Shown: positions 38,593 to 48,415 of the stretch, one piece after another
Layout: each line of letters starts with the position of its first letter
Numbering within the stretch: position 1 is the first letter of the stretch
Origin: Firmicutes bacterium UBA5493
Lineage (GTDB): Bacteria > Bacillota > Limnochordia > Darwinibacteriales > Darwinibacteriaceae
Assembly: GCA_002424045.1 (NCBI GenBank)
Contig: DIPH01000051.1
Span: forward strand, 65,858-129,857
DNA length: 64,000 bases
Direction: 5' to 3'
The notes under the pieces: generated by a model
The model's input: the letters and a program-made list of their open reading frames with translations, nothing else
Database searches by the model: none
What the model was told of the DNA's origin: nothing
Made by a program: the position numbers and the translations under genes

Positions 38593-39555
38593 TCACTTCG
38601 TTAGTTTGGACCACAAGCTTGAGACCGTTCGTTGGTGATCGCCCTCAATATAGAAGCTGGTACCTCCATCACGCACGGTTCGCACCAAAATCGTCTTCCA
38701 AAAACGATGATAATACTCCGGCCGATCCTTTGCTGGCTCTATGTGATAATCTCTGGAACGAATGGGCTGGATATCCAAGACCGAAGTGGTAAAATTAGAG
38801 ATTGCACTTCCTTCCTGGTGAGCGACATTACGGGCCATCGACAAAGCCTTTAGATACACCTCTGGACCCATAACGGCTGTTCCAACATTGAGAAGCACCC
38901 CACCCTCTAAATTGCGAACACTTTCGGCGAGAATTAGAAAATCCGTGTGACTGCCATGCCCAAAACTGGCTCCATCGAAATTCGGGTGTTCGTGAATGAT
39001 GTCTTGTCCGATGGAGACATGAACCGTAACAGGTACCTTGAGGCGATAACCTGACGCTAAGATGCTAACATCCTTATGGGGATAGTCTCCCTCAAAGATC
39101 GCTTTGCCTAGTGTTTCACCAATCCCATACCCTTTGTGGGCACCCTCTTTAACCAGATCATTGATCTGGCCCGTTTCCTTCCAGAGGCCAAACTGCCCTT
39201 CACTGATGTAACGGGGTACACTCTCTGTGGTTGCACCGATTAAAGCTAACTCATAATCGTGAATTGCGCAAGCCCCATTCAGTCCCACGTGAGTAATAAA
39301 ACCTCTTTCCATCAAGTCGATGATAAAGCGGCTCATTCCGGTCTTGATTACATGCGCACCCATCATCAAAATTACCGCGGCTCCATCGTTTCTTGCCCTA
39401 ACGACCCTCGAGACCAGCTCATCTAGCTCTGGTTCTTCCATTTCCTGCACACAATTCAGTTGTTTTACATCCTCAAGCGTCATATCATGCTCGCGTTCAT
39501 TAAGAGGTTTAAGCTTCAGCTTTGTTAAGTCAAACCGAGGATACATCGAGATCAA
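38593..39555 (-). CDS. Conserved hypothetical protein (320 aa); possibly deoxyhypusine-synthase-like fold
   Basis: Clean ORF in the middle of the sugar operon. AVILMMGAHVIKTGMSRFIIDLMERGFITHVGLNGA resembles DHS-family proteins only loosely. Confidence 0.45.
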   Translation of the reverse strand: MISMYPRFDLTKLKLKPLNEREHDMTLEDVKQLNCVQEMEEPELDELVSRVVRARNDGAAVILMMGAHVIKTGMSRFIIDLMERGFITHVGLNGACAIHDYELALIGATTESVPRYISEGQFGLWKETGQINDLVKEGAHKGYGIGETLGKAIFEGDYPHKDVSILASGYRLKVPVTVHVSIGQDIIHEHPNFDGASFGHGSHTDFLILAESVRNLEGGVLLNVGTAVMGPEVYLKALSMARNVAHQEGSAISNFTTSVLDIQPIRSRDYHIEPAKDRPEYYHRFWKTILVRTVRDGGTSFYIEGDHQRTVSSLWSKLTK

Positions 39556-40363
39556 CTCCTTCCGTCAATCCAAGAAACAGGGCTTCTTGGCATCTATAGT
39601 CTCCGATTATTACGTCCGCACCAGCTTTGATCAATCTCGAGCGTTTCCAACGGTCAATACCCCTGCGCTCCTTCTCCCTAGACGCCACCCCTACAGCAAT
39701 TCCACCTACGACCTTCACATTTTCAATTTCCACATAGCCATCACCAAAGCCCAACAGAGCTTCAGCGGTCTGTATTCTAGGAAGGATAAGCTCCTTAATC
39801 ACCTTCTCTTTGGAAAACATTTTATAATCGTCCAAAGCCCCATAAATACCGCCATTAAAATAGTCGCTAACCCCTAAAGCAGCGGCCTCTTCCTGCACAT
39901 ATTCATGATCCGTTCCGCTCGCCAAATACAAGTCCAATCCTTGGCTACGTAAATAATCTAGTAGCTCCAGACTACCAGGAACCAAATACTGTTCTGGTTC
40001 AACTTTTCCTGTCTTCAATCCCCAGACCCGATCCTCGATATGGAGCAGTAACCTCCGGCTATACTCAGCTTTGTACACAGAAGGGTCTTCTGGTCTTCCG
40101 CCCCTTCTTCTTATTTCATCGGCCAAATACATGCACTGATAGATGGTTTGTTTACCAGTGAGTAAATCCACAAACTCACGCACGCATTGGCCAATCTCTT
40201 CCTGTGACTGCCCCTGAGATACCTCAGTTAATACCTCAGCAAAGTAGGAATACATGATGGGCTGCCACCCCTCACGTATCAAAGAGATGGTTCCGTCAAA
40301 ATCAAATAGGACTGCCTGAAAATTCCTTTGCACGTCTTCATTAATCCATTCGATATGCCCCAT
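39530..40363 (-). CDS. HAD-superfamily hydrolase (probable sugar-phosphate phosphatase)
   Basis: Motif I VLFDFDGT, plus motifs III/IV (GFGDGYVE). 277 aa with a cap domain. Confidence 0.75.
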   Translation of the reverse strand: MGHIEWINEDVQRNFQAVLFDFDGTISLIREGWQPIMYSYFAEVLTEVSQGQSQEEIGQCVREFVDLLTGKQTIYQCMYLADEIRRRGGRPEDPSVYKAEYSRRLLLHIEDRVWGLKTGKVEPEQYLVPGSLELLDYLRSQGLDLYLASGTDHEYVQEEAAALGVSDYFNGGIYGALDDYKMFSKEKVIKELILPRIQTAEALLGFGDGYVEIENVKVVGGIAVGVASREKERRGIDRWKRSRLIKAGADVIIGDYRCQEALFLGLTEGVDLDVSSV

Positions 40364-40471
40364 TAACTTGCTCCTTAGAAAAGATAGTCTTTGTAACCGG
40401 TATGTTTAATAGAAAGCGATCGCCAGAAGACCTCACCTGCGGAAAGGTGAGATCTTCTGGGTTAGTCCATC

Positions 40472-43400
40472 CTATTTGAACCTGACCTTGAAGGTTTTGA
40501 TTTGGTAAGGTTTAATAGTGAACTCGAAGGAGTTATCAGTAACTAGATCCAATGTCCGCTCAGTCTCTTCCATCAGATTTGTTTCCCATACTTGTTGTAT
40601 TGACTTGAAGAGATCTACACGCACCGTTTCCCTGGAGTTGCCATATTCATAGAAACGCAAGATCAGACTGTCATCATCCTCTGCGCGTTTTACCGTTTCC
40701 AGCATGGTGGATTGACCAGTAGCAGTGATGAAGGACTGGTGGCTTGGCAGCTCGCCTTCTGAGCTTGTTGCAATCACTGCTTTTAGAGGACAATTTAGGT
40801 TATAAGCCTCTTGTGCAGTCCCGCCTGTCAACCAATCCCCTGGATGAGGATACAAGCTATATGTGAAGGAATGGTGCCCCTGATCTTGGTTAGGGTCAGG
40901 ATACACACCGGACTTAAGCAGTGTAAGGCTTAAGGTATTGCCCTTCACATCATAGCCGTACTTGCAGTCGTTGAGCAAACTGACCCCATAGCTCCGTTCA
41001 GACAAGTCGGCCCACTTTTGGGCTGCAGTTTCGAACTTCGCATAATCCCAAGTTGTATTGTCATGTGTGGGTCTTTCCACGTTACCAAACTGGATCTCAT
41101 AGGTTGCCTTAGTGGCTCTTAAATCTACCGGAAACGCCGCCTTCAACAAAATCTGGTTTTGATGCCAATCCACCTCGGTTTTGAAGTCTACCCGACGTTT
41201 GTCAGCATAAATGACCATGCGCTGTTCAATTGTGGAATCAAGAAAGTTCCACCTTAAGGTGAGTACTCCACGGTCAGGTCCCGCTTCTTCCACCGAAATT
41301 TCTTCTAAATCATCGACAATATACTCTTTGTCTTTGTAATAAACATCGATATCCCAAGCGCTGTAATTCATGGGGCGATCCTCAAAGGCGCGGATAACGT
41401 TGGCCTTAGCACCGTCAGGAACCAACTCGCGATCAGTTTCTTTATCATACCAAGAGATAATGTGACCGTTTTGATCTAGTTTGATCTGGTAGAATCGGTT
41501 CTCCACATAGTCTTTCCTTACTATAAGCTCATCTTCAAAGGAATGGTCTTCTGTAGCACCATCAACCATGCGAAACGCCTTATAGCCTAGTGCTGGTATT
41601 TCCTGTACGCGCACCAAGAGTTCCTTCTCGTTCTTACCCACTACCTTAGTTGGGAGTAGGTCGCCTCCAGAGTTCATAAAGCACTTCTTCGCCAGCTCCT
41701 CCGTCCATGGCAAGGAGACAAAGCCATCCCGCTCCCAAGGCAAAGAGTTGAACACCACTAGGTTCTCCCCATGTATCGTAATGTTCTCTGCAATTGTTGT
41801 TAGCCCCTTGTTTAGGGTATCTCTTCCAGTCTCGATAATTTCGGCAAATTGCTCCTCGCTATCCTCGTAGACCTCACCAATGGAAGAACCGGGTAATATG
41901 TCATGGAATTGATTTAGCAGAATCGTTTTCCAACCTGAATCAATCACGTCTTTCGGATACTTGTGAATGGGTTGCACCAAGCTGGCCACTGAGTTAAACA
42001 ATTCAACATCATGATAAAGAAATTCGCTTACCCTGTTATTCTTCTTCACCTTACCCTGGGACGTGTAGGTACCGCGGTGGAACTCTAAGTAAAGCTCGCC
42101 ATCCCACACTGGAAGATCAGGATTGGATTCCACTCTTTCTTCAAGTCCTGCAAAGAACTCCTCTGCTTCTGTGAACTTTACATCTGGTAGCACAGGCAAT
42201 TCAGCTATAATCTTAGCTGTCTCAATCATCCCTTCAGTGGGTCCACCCCCACCATCACCCCAGCCATAGGCCAAGAGGAGTTCGTCATTAATGTCTTTTT
42301 GCCGATAATTATCCCAAATTCCCTGTACGCTCTTGGGATCAACGACGGCGTTATACGCATAGAATGCGCGTCCAAGGTATTCTGGAGTCGTAATGAAATG
42401 CGTTAAGACCTCTGTGCCATCCATACCTTTCCACAAGAAGGTGTCGTGTTCAGGCCGGTTGAACTGACTCCAGCTAATTTTTGTGGTCATAAAATACTTT
42501 AAGCCACTACGTTTAATAATCTGAGGCAACGCCCAAGAGTAACCAAAAACATCAGGCAACCAAAGAACAGTGCATATCTTGCCGAACTCCTCCTTGATAA
42601 AGCGAGTTCCGTATAAAAATTGTCGAACCAAAGACTCACCAGAAGGTATGTTACAATCTGCCTCGACCCACATTCCCCCCGTTACTTCCCACTGACCCGC
42701 TTGCACACGTTTCTTAATCTGCTCGTAAATCTCCGGATTGTCCTCTTTAATGAACTCATATAGTTGGGGCTGAGTCTGAATGTACTTAAACTCGGGATAA
42801 CGATCCATCAAGTTAAGCATCGTGGTAAATGTACGTTCCACCTTCTCCCTGGTATGCCGCAATCTCCACAACCAGGCCACATCAATATGCGAGTGACCAA
42901 CTAGATGCACCATCGGTTTATTCTCAATTGCTGGTTTGTATTCGCTGAGGCGCGTCTTTAGAGAGCAATTGGCTTTCTTTACGGAGGCATAGAACTCTTC
43001 GCTTCTAGGAACCCGAAAGTCAATCATATTGATTGCTTCGTCTAGAAACTGGAGCAAATTATTCCGATCATAGACATGTTCCTTGATGTTCTGAATCGCC
43101 TCAAAGGTTACAGAGGCTCTCAAATAAAACTCCTCTGCCTCTGGGTTAACCAGGCATAAACGAGCCACCTCGAAGCAGCGCTTCTCGTCCTGCAAACCGC
43201 TGAAGGCCTTGATGAGAAACTCGACCCTGCCGCCGCCATACATTTCGGGTTCTAACCTTACCTGAGTATGATTCATGTCTAGAGCTTGAACAGGCTTGCC
43301 ACTGATCAAGAGCAGGCCTTCAGCACCCTTTGTTGCAAACAAATCGCCGTCACCCATGTTCAGTTCCAAGACCAGGGAATCACCAATCCATGCTGTAGGT

Positions 43401-43594
43401 ACATCCACAGAGCCTCTAAACCAGGCTGTTACATCTCTGCCTCCCCAAAAGTCTCCAACTCGAAATGCTTCCCACTGCCCTGGCACTTCGTCAGTGCAAA
43501 TCTGTAGATTTTCAATTGGAACAACGCCGGAGTTCACATATTCCCCTAAGTCCTCAAGGTATCGCTTGACCTTGCCATCGATCATATTACGCAT
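40472..43594 (-). CDS. Alpha-mannosidase, glycoside hydrolase family 38 (cytoplasmic, 1040 aa)
   Basis: GH38 signature LVGHSHIDVAWLW, a central helical bundle and a C-terminal beta-domain. RBS AAGGAGG. Confidence 0.9.
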   Translation of the reverse strand: MRNMIDGKVKRYLEDLGEYVNSGVVPIENLQICTDEVPGQWEAFRVGDFWGGRDVTAWFRGSVDVPTAWIGDSLVLELNMGDGDLFATKGAEGLLLISGKPVQALDMNHTQVRLEPEMYGGGRVEFLIKAFSGLQDEKRCFEVARLCLVNPEAEEFYLRASVTFEAIQNIKEHVYDRNNLLQFLDEAINMIDFRVPRSEEFYASVKKANCSLKTRLSEYKPAIENKPMVHLVGHSHIDVAWLWRLRHTREKVERTFTTMLNLMDRYPEFKYIQTQPQLYEFIKEDNPEIYEQIKKRVQAGQWEVTGGMWVEADCNIPSGESLVRQFLYGTRFIKEEFGKICTVLWLPDVFGYSWALPQIIKRSGLKYFMTTKISWSQFNRPEHDTFLWKGMDGTEVLTHFITTPEYLGRAFYAYNAVVDPKSVQGIWDNYRQKDINDELLLAYGWGDGGGGPTEGMIETAKIIAELPVLPDVKFTEAEEFFAGLEERVESNPDLPVWDGELYLEFHRGTYTSQGKVKKNNRVSEFLYHDVELFNSVASLVQPIHKYPKDVIDSGWKTILLNQFHDILPGSSIGEVYEDSEEQFAEIIETGRDTLNKGLTTIAENITIHGENLVVFNSLPWERDGFVSLPWTEELAKKCFMNSGGDLLPTKVVGKNEKELLVRVQEIPALGYKAFRMVDGATEDHSFEDELIVRKDYVENRFYQIKLDQNGHIISWYDKETDRELVPDGAKANVIRAFEDRPMNYSAWDIDVYYKDKEYIVDDLEEISVEEAGPDRGVLTLRWNFLDSTIEQRMVIYADKRRVDFKTEVDWHQNQILLKAAFPVDLRATKATYEIQFGNVERPTHDNTTWDYAKFETAAQKWADLSERSYGVSLLNDCKYGYDVKGNTLSLTLLKSGVYPDPNQDQGHHSFTYSLYPHPGDWLTGGTAQEAYNLNCPLKAVIATSSEGELPSHQSFITATGQSTMLETVKRAEDDDSLILRFYEYGNSRETVRVDLFKSIQQVWETNLMEETERTLDLVTDNSFEFTIKPYQIKTFKVRFK

Positions 43595-44534
43595 GCGCTC
43601 GCCTCCTTGTCATTTTTCCTAAAAACTCTTCCACTTCTTGCTCCGTTGGCAACGAGGGAATTGCCCCCTGCCTAGTCACGGTAAGAGCTCCTACTGCATT
43701 GGCATACTGAACCGCTTCCTCAAGGGGAAAACCGCAGGAAACTTGGGTTGCCAAAGCACCATTAAAGGCATCTCCTGCCGCCACCGTATCTACTGGCTGA
43801 ACCGAAAACCCATCAACATGGATAAACGAATCTCCAGAAGCAAGCAGAGCACCTTTCTCGCCCAAGGTGATAATCACGTTCTTTGGTCCCCTATCCAAAA
43901 GGACTGCCGCAGCCCTCTTCGCCGATTGCAGATCACGAACGGGAACCCCAGTTAACAGTTCTGCCTCTGTCTCGTTGGGCGTCAAGTAGGTTACAGTCGC
44001 CAAAAGATCATCCTCAAGCTCACGGGCTGGTGCGGGATTGAGAACCACAGGGACGCCGTGTTTGCTGCCCATTTTCACAGCCTCTTTCACCGTTTCAATG
44101 TCCATCTCTAGCTGTAGCATCAAGAGGTCGTGGGACGCCATAACAGGTTCTAAAGTAGCCAAGTCAGCTAGATTGAACCTGAGGTTGGCACCTGGCACTA
44201 CTACGATCCTGTTGTCTCCCCCATCGTCGAGAGTAATGGAACCTATACCAGTAGAAGCGCTAGCATCACGTAATACATGTCCCACAGAGATACCTTCTTC
44301 TTCTAAGGCAACCAACATTTCGTCGCCGAAGAAATCTTTGCCGAGCTTGCCCGCCATAGTGACGGAAGCTCCTAAACGTGCTGCGGCCACTGCCTGGTTA
44401 GCTCCTTTACCCCCAAGAAACCGGTTGAAGCTGCTCCCAATCACTGTCTCTCCGCTCTTGGGTGCCCGAGGCGTTCTTACCACTAAATCAATCATGAAGC
44501 TACCAATGACCATAATGCGCGGTTTTTTTACCAT
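43587..44534 (-). CDS. Ribokinase-family (PfkB) sugar kinase
   Basis: GGKGANQAVAAARLGA and DTVAAGDAFNGAL motifs. It overlaps the mannosidase gene by 8 bp. Confidence 0.85.
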   Translation of the reverse strand: MVKKPRIMVIGSFMIDLVVRTPRAPKSGETVIGSSFNRFLGGKGANQAVAAARLGASVTMAGKLGKDFFGDEMLVALEEEGISVGHVLRDASASTGIGSITLDDGGDNRIVVVPGANLRFNLADLATLEPVMASHDLLMLQLEMDIETVKEAVKMGSKHGVPVVLNPAPARELEDDLLATVTYLTPNETEAELLTGVPVRDLQSAKRAAAVLLDRGPKNVIITLGEKGALLASGDSFIHVDGFSVQPVDTVAAGDAFNGALATQVSCGFPLEEAVQYANAVGALTVTRQGAIPSLPTEQEVEEFLGKMTRRRAHA

Positions 44535-44539
44535 AGCCG

Positions 44540-45145
44540 TTACCTCCCCTCATCTTTCAATGCGGAAAGTTGCTCTCCGAGGCTTCCACCAGGATGATAA
44601 CGGTGAAAGTCGCTATCCTCAAATCCGCCCAGCATGGAGAGGGTCACCGCCAAAGCATCCCCAAGCACTAGGGTCATGACCGCGCTAGTTGTGGGAGCTA
44701 GATTAAGGTGGTCTGACTCTCGACTATATGTGTAAACCAAAGCTATATCAGTCAGTTGAGCCAAGGTCGACTCAGCTTTTCCTGTAATGGCTATTTTGCT
44801 ACACCCAATCTTCTTGAGAATGGGCAACACGCTGAGTACTTCTTTGGTTTCACCGCTATTGGAGATAAGTATAACCACGTCTCCGTTTTCAATCATTCCT
44901 GAATCTCCATGTACAGCCTCGCAGGCATGAACAAAGAAAGCTGGAGTACCTGTACTGGCCAGTGAAGCTGCAATCTTGCGCCCAATAATGCCCGACTTTC
45001 CGACTCCCGAGACAACAACCTTGCCTTTGCACTTTCGAATTAGATCTACAGCCTTCACAAAGCTCTGATCAAGTTGATCAACTAAACTAGTGATGGCATC
45101 TGCTTCGATTTTGATAGCATTCTTAGCAAACCCCAATACATTCAT
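44540..45145 (-). CDS. SIS-domain sugar-phosphate isomerase (KpsF/GutQ N-terminal-domain type, no CBS pair)
   Basis: GKVVVSGVGKSGIIGRKIAASLASTGTPAFFVHACEAVHGD closely matches the SIS domain of arabinose-5-phosphate isomerases. Confidence 0.8.
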   Translation of the reverse strand: MNVLGFAKNAIKIEADAITSLVDQLDQSFVKAVDLIRKCKGKVVVSGVGKSGIIGRKIAASLASTGTPAFFVHACEAVHGDSGMIENGDVVILISNSGETKEVLSVLPILKKIGCSKIAITGKAESTLAQLTDIALVYTYSRESDHLNLAPTTSAVMTLVLGDALAVTLSMLGGFEDSDFHRYHPGGSLGEQLSALKDEGR

Positions 45146-45259
45146 TTTACGATCACCCTTTGAGAGAGAAATAAAGAAGCAGAGCGAGGCACCAGTCCAT
45201 CACACTCTGCTCCGTTAACATTTTGTCAAGTGCAACTGCTCTGGCCCGAAATGGACTGT

Positions 45260-46087
45260 TTAGCCTTTCACAGCACCTTCTGTGAGGCCCATGATAATAT
45301 ACCTTTGGGCGAAGGCAAACACCAACATTGTTGGTAGCAAGGCTACGACAATACCTGCACTGAGCACTCCCCAATTCACTCCAGCTTTGGAGATAAAGGA
45401 ATTGAGTGCAACGGGCACAGTCATGTTATGGTTGGAACTCAACAGCATAACCGCCAAGAACAACTCGTTCCAAATATTCACAAAAGCGAAACTAAAGATG
45501 GCTGCTAAACCAGGCAGAGTCAGAGGCAACACGACTTTGACAATCGTCTGGGTACGAGTACATCCATCAGTCATTGCCACTTCCTCTAGAGCTACGGGAA
45601 TACGGTCAAAGAAGCTCTTGGCCATAATTGTGGAGAAAGCTATCATCATGGATACGTAGACAAAAGTGATGGCAATGAGACTGTCTGTCATGCCTATTTT
45701 CGCTAGAGAAATAAAGAGCGGGCTCATCAACATATACGTAGGGATGATTTGGGTAAAGTACATGCCCAAAAGCAAAATCAGTTTAGGTCTTCTGCTCCTG
45801 ATTCGCGATAGGGCATAACCGCTAAATACAGAGATTAGTAACGCACCTGCGGATGCCAATAAGGAGATAAGCAAACTGTTCTTAAAGTAGATGGAGAAAT
45901 CGCTGATTCGAAAGAGATATTTGTAGTTCTCAAACGTCACCTCAGATGGCCAGTACCGAATGGGAAAAGTGTAAATCTCCTGACCTCCTTTGAGGGAGGT
46001 TACAATTACCCAATAAAGAGGTCCCAAGGCCACTACTAAAAACAAACCAAGCAAGAGCACTTTCAGAGTACGCAGAAGTAGCTTCAA
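45260..46087 (-). CDS. ABC transporter permease (MalG-like, sugar)
   Basis: A TTG start at 46087 overlaps the upstream stop (TTGA) and is preceded by GGAGGAG. EAA loop MTDGCTRTQTIVKVVLP. The ORF-track N-terminal extension is implausible. Confidence 0.8.
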   Translation of the reverse strand: MKLLLRTLKVLLLGLFLVVALGPLYWVIVTSLKGGQEIYTFPIRYWPSEVTFENYKYLFRISDFSIYFKNSLLISLLASAGALLISVFSGYALSRIRSRRPKLILLLGMYFTQIIPTYMLMSPLFISLAKIGMTDSLIAITFVYVSMMIAFSTIMAKSFFDRIPVALEEVAMTDGCTRTQTIVKVVLPLTLPGLAAIFSFAFVNIWNELFLAVMLLSSNHNMTVPVALNSFISKAGVNWGVLSAGIVVALLPTMLVFAFAQRYIIMGLTEGAVKG

Positions 46088-46971
46088 AACGTCTCCTCCT
46101 TCCCAGAGGTCAGGCGCAGATAAAGGAGAGCATACGTGAACAAAAGAACCATGATCACTACACCGAAAGCAGAACCCTGGCCGTAGTCGTAAAATTTCAG
46201 GATCTTGTTGATCATCTGCGTGGCCAAAATGTTCGTACTGTTGCTGGGTCCTCCTCCGGTCATGGCGTAGATAATATCGGGGAAGTTCATAATCCACATG
46301 GTCCTTAGCAATGTTGTGCTAATAATCGTAGGTTTAATGTATGGAATGGTAATACTAAATAGCCTGCGAAGTGGACCTGCTCCGTCAATTTTACCTGCTT
46401 CCATCAGCTCAGCAGGGACAGACTGCAGGGCAGCGAGGAGCATAATGGCAAAAAACGGTACACCATACCAGATGTTCGCCACAATCACTGAAGCCATAGC
46501 GTAGCTGGGGTTGGAAAGAAACCCAACAGGATTGCTAATTAGACCCAGGCGCAGAAGAATATCATTAACCAGGCCAAACTGTCCGTTGAAAATCCAGGCC
46601 CAAACCAACCCGATGGCAAAACCAGACAAGGCCCAAGGATAGAAGACTAGGGACGAGTAGATTCCCCTGCCCCGAAAAGGTTTCTGCATAAGCAAGGCCA
46701 AAATAAACCCCAGCACGAACTGGAGGGCCAAGGAGACGCAAACCCAAATCAACGTATTGAGCATGATTTGACCAAAGTTGAAGTTGATATCCGTGAAAAT
46801 TGCTTTGAAGTTGTCAAAACCTATGAACGGAGTATTAGTCATGTCAAAAAGCGTGTACTTCTGAAAAGCTATAACCGTGCCTTGAATAATGGGATAATAC
46901 AGAAAGAGAGTAAGCAGAACGAAAGCCGGTATCATGATTAGAAAAAAGTAGCGCGCACTCTGTTCGCGCAT
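46084..46971 (-). CDS. ABC transporter permease (MalF-like, sugar)
   Basis: Six TM helices. EAA loop MEAGKIDGAGPLRRLFSITIP. Confidence 0.85.
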   Translation of the reverse strand: MREQSARYFFLIMIPAFVLLTLFLYYPIIQGTVIAFQKYTLFDMTNTPFIGFDNFKAIFTDINFNFGQIMLNTLIWVCVSLALQFVLGFILALLMQKPFRGRGIYSSLVFYPWALSGFAIGLVWAWIFNGQFGLVNDILLRLGLISNPVGFLSNPSYAMASVIVANIWYGVPFFAIMLLAALQSVPAELMEAGKIDGAGPLRRLFSITIPYIKPTIISTTLLRTMWIMNFPDIIYAMTGGGPSNSTNILATQMINKILKFYDYGQGSAFGVVIMVLLFTYALLYLRLTSGKEETF

Positions 46972-47050
46972 ATCATCACCTCTTTAGTAGCAGCAGTTAT
47001 CGTAAAAGTGCCGGGTGGCACCTACTGTGCCACCCTGTCTTAATGAGTGA

Positions 47051-48304
47051 TTACTTCGTCCAGTAATCGGTCCATTTCTGGAGCATTTGATCAAGCGTCA
47101 TCCTGCCAAGGAGAACACTTTGTACGTCGGTTTCGTAAACGACATCCCATCCGGGCCATTTTGCGGACGCCAAAGGATAGGTCTTCAGCAAGAATGTGTC
47201 AGGGTTAGCCATTTCATAGCGATATGCCTGATAATGCTTGCCTTGGAAGTGTTCATTGATGTCGAACGTTGTTCTGTGAACTGGCAGTGGACCCCAATGT
47301 TCATTGAAATAGCCATTCTTCTCAGCACTGGAAATCCATTGGATGAAATTCCATGCTTCCTCTTTGTGCTTGGAGTAACTTGGAATACCCATACCGCAGA
47401 AGCCGTAGTCAATCAGAGTAAAGTCGTGGGGACCTACAGGTAAGGGAACAACTTCGTACTTATCCTCGCCAAGCAAGTTGTTAATCAGTGGAATGGCGTC
47501 TGGATCTTGAATCAAGAAAGGAGTTGTTCCTGAAACAAAACCATTTACCTGCTCATTGAAGCCCCAGTTAATTCCGTCTGGAGGTGTGCCTTCTTTAAAG
47601 AGAGTTATATAAGCTTCCATACCCTGTTTGAATCCGGGGTCTAAGAAAAAGGTCTCATCTTCAGAATAGATGAATTCGCTGTTAGCAACGTCATCAACAC
47701 ATACTGAGGCAAACAAGTCACCAAACTTCATCGTAGCGCCCTTACCTCTCCAGGCAAAACCATACTGGTTCTTGGAAGGATCGGTAATCTGGCGGCAAAT
47801 TTCAATGAGCTCCTCTACCGTTTCGGGCATTTCGGTAATACCGTATTCAGCCAGGACGTCGGTTCTTGCATAGAGTGCTTTAATGAAAATCGCCTGAGGA
47901 ACCAAGTAGGGCGTATCATCCACAGTCTTAGCAGCTGCAATCGCCACAGGAGTCAGAGTCTCAGCCTCAGACCAAGCTTCATAATAAGGCGTCAAGTCGG
48001 TAAGCTTCTTGTTATTCACAAACTGCTTAACCGTATAGTCTCGGATTTCGATAATGTCCAGATCTTGGTTTGTATTAAGCATCAACGTTGCTTTTTGGTC
48101 TGCCTGCTCATAAGGTGGCGAAATGAGGTTGATCTTAATGCTAGGATTCATGGCCTCATATTCTGCAATCAAGTCCCTGAGTAAAGCAGTTCTTTCTGGA
48201 CTAGTCATAACCTCAAGGAAATTCAAAGTAATTGTGTTAGCTGATACCGTAGCGCTAACCAAGAGTGTTAATACAACCAACATTAGAAGACTTCGTTTCA
48301 ACAT
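47051..48304 (-). CDS. ABC transporter substrate-binding protein, family 1 (carbohydrate)
   Basis: Signal peptide MLKRSLLMLVVLTLLVSATVSA. RBS AAGGAGG. Confidence 0.85.
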   Translation of the reverse strand: MLKRSLLMLVVLTLLVSATVSANTITLNFLEVMTSPERTALLRDLIAEYEAMNPSIKINLISPPYEQADQKATLMLNTNQDLDIIEIRDYTVKQFVNNKKLTDLTPYYEAWSEAETLTPVAIAAAKTVDDTPYLVPQAIFIKALYARTDVLAEYGITEMPETVEELIEICRQITDPSKNQYGFAWRGKGATMKFGDLFASVCVDDVANSEFIYSEDETFFLDPGFKQGMEAYITLFKEGTPPDGINWGFNEQVNGFVSGTTPFLIQDPDAIPLINNLLGEDKYEVVPLPVGPHDFTLIDYGFCGMGIPSYSKHKEEAWNFIQWISSAEKNGYFNEHWGPLPVHRTTFDINEHFQGKHYQAYRYEMANPDTFLLKTYPLASAKWPGWDVVYETDVQSVLLGRMTLDQMLQKWTDYWTK

Positions 48305-48415
48305 AGTGTACCTCCTTAGTATTAAGCGTGTGTGTTTTCTTAACTTCCTGGATGAGCTAACACGTTACCCCCTTTCCCAAACTTCTTGTTTACCAGACAT
48401 TTCTCGCAACCAGCC

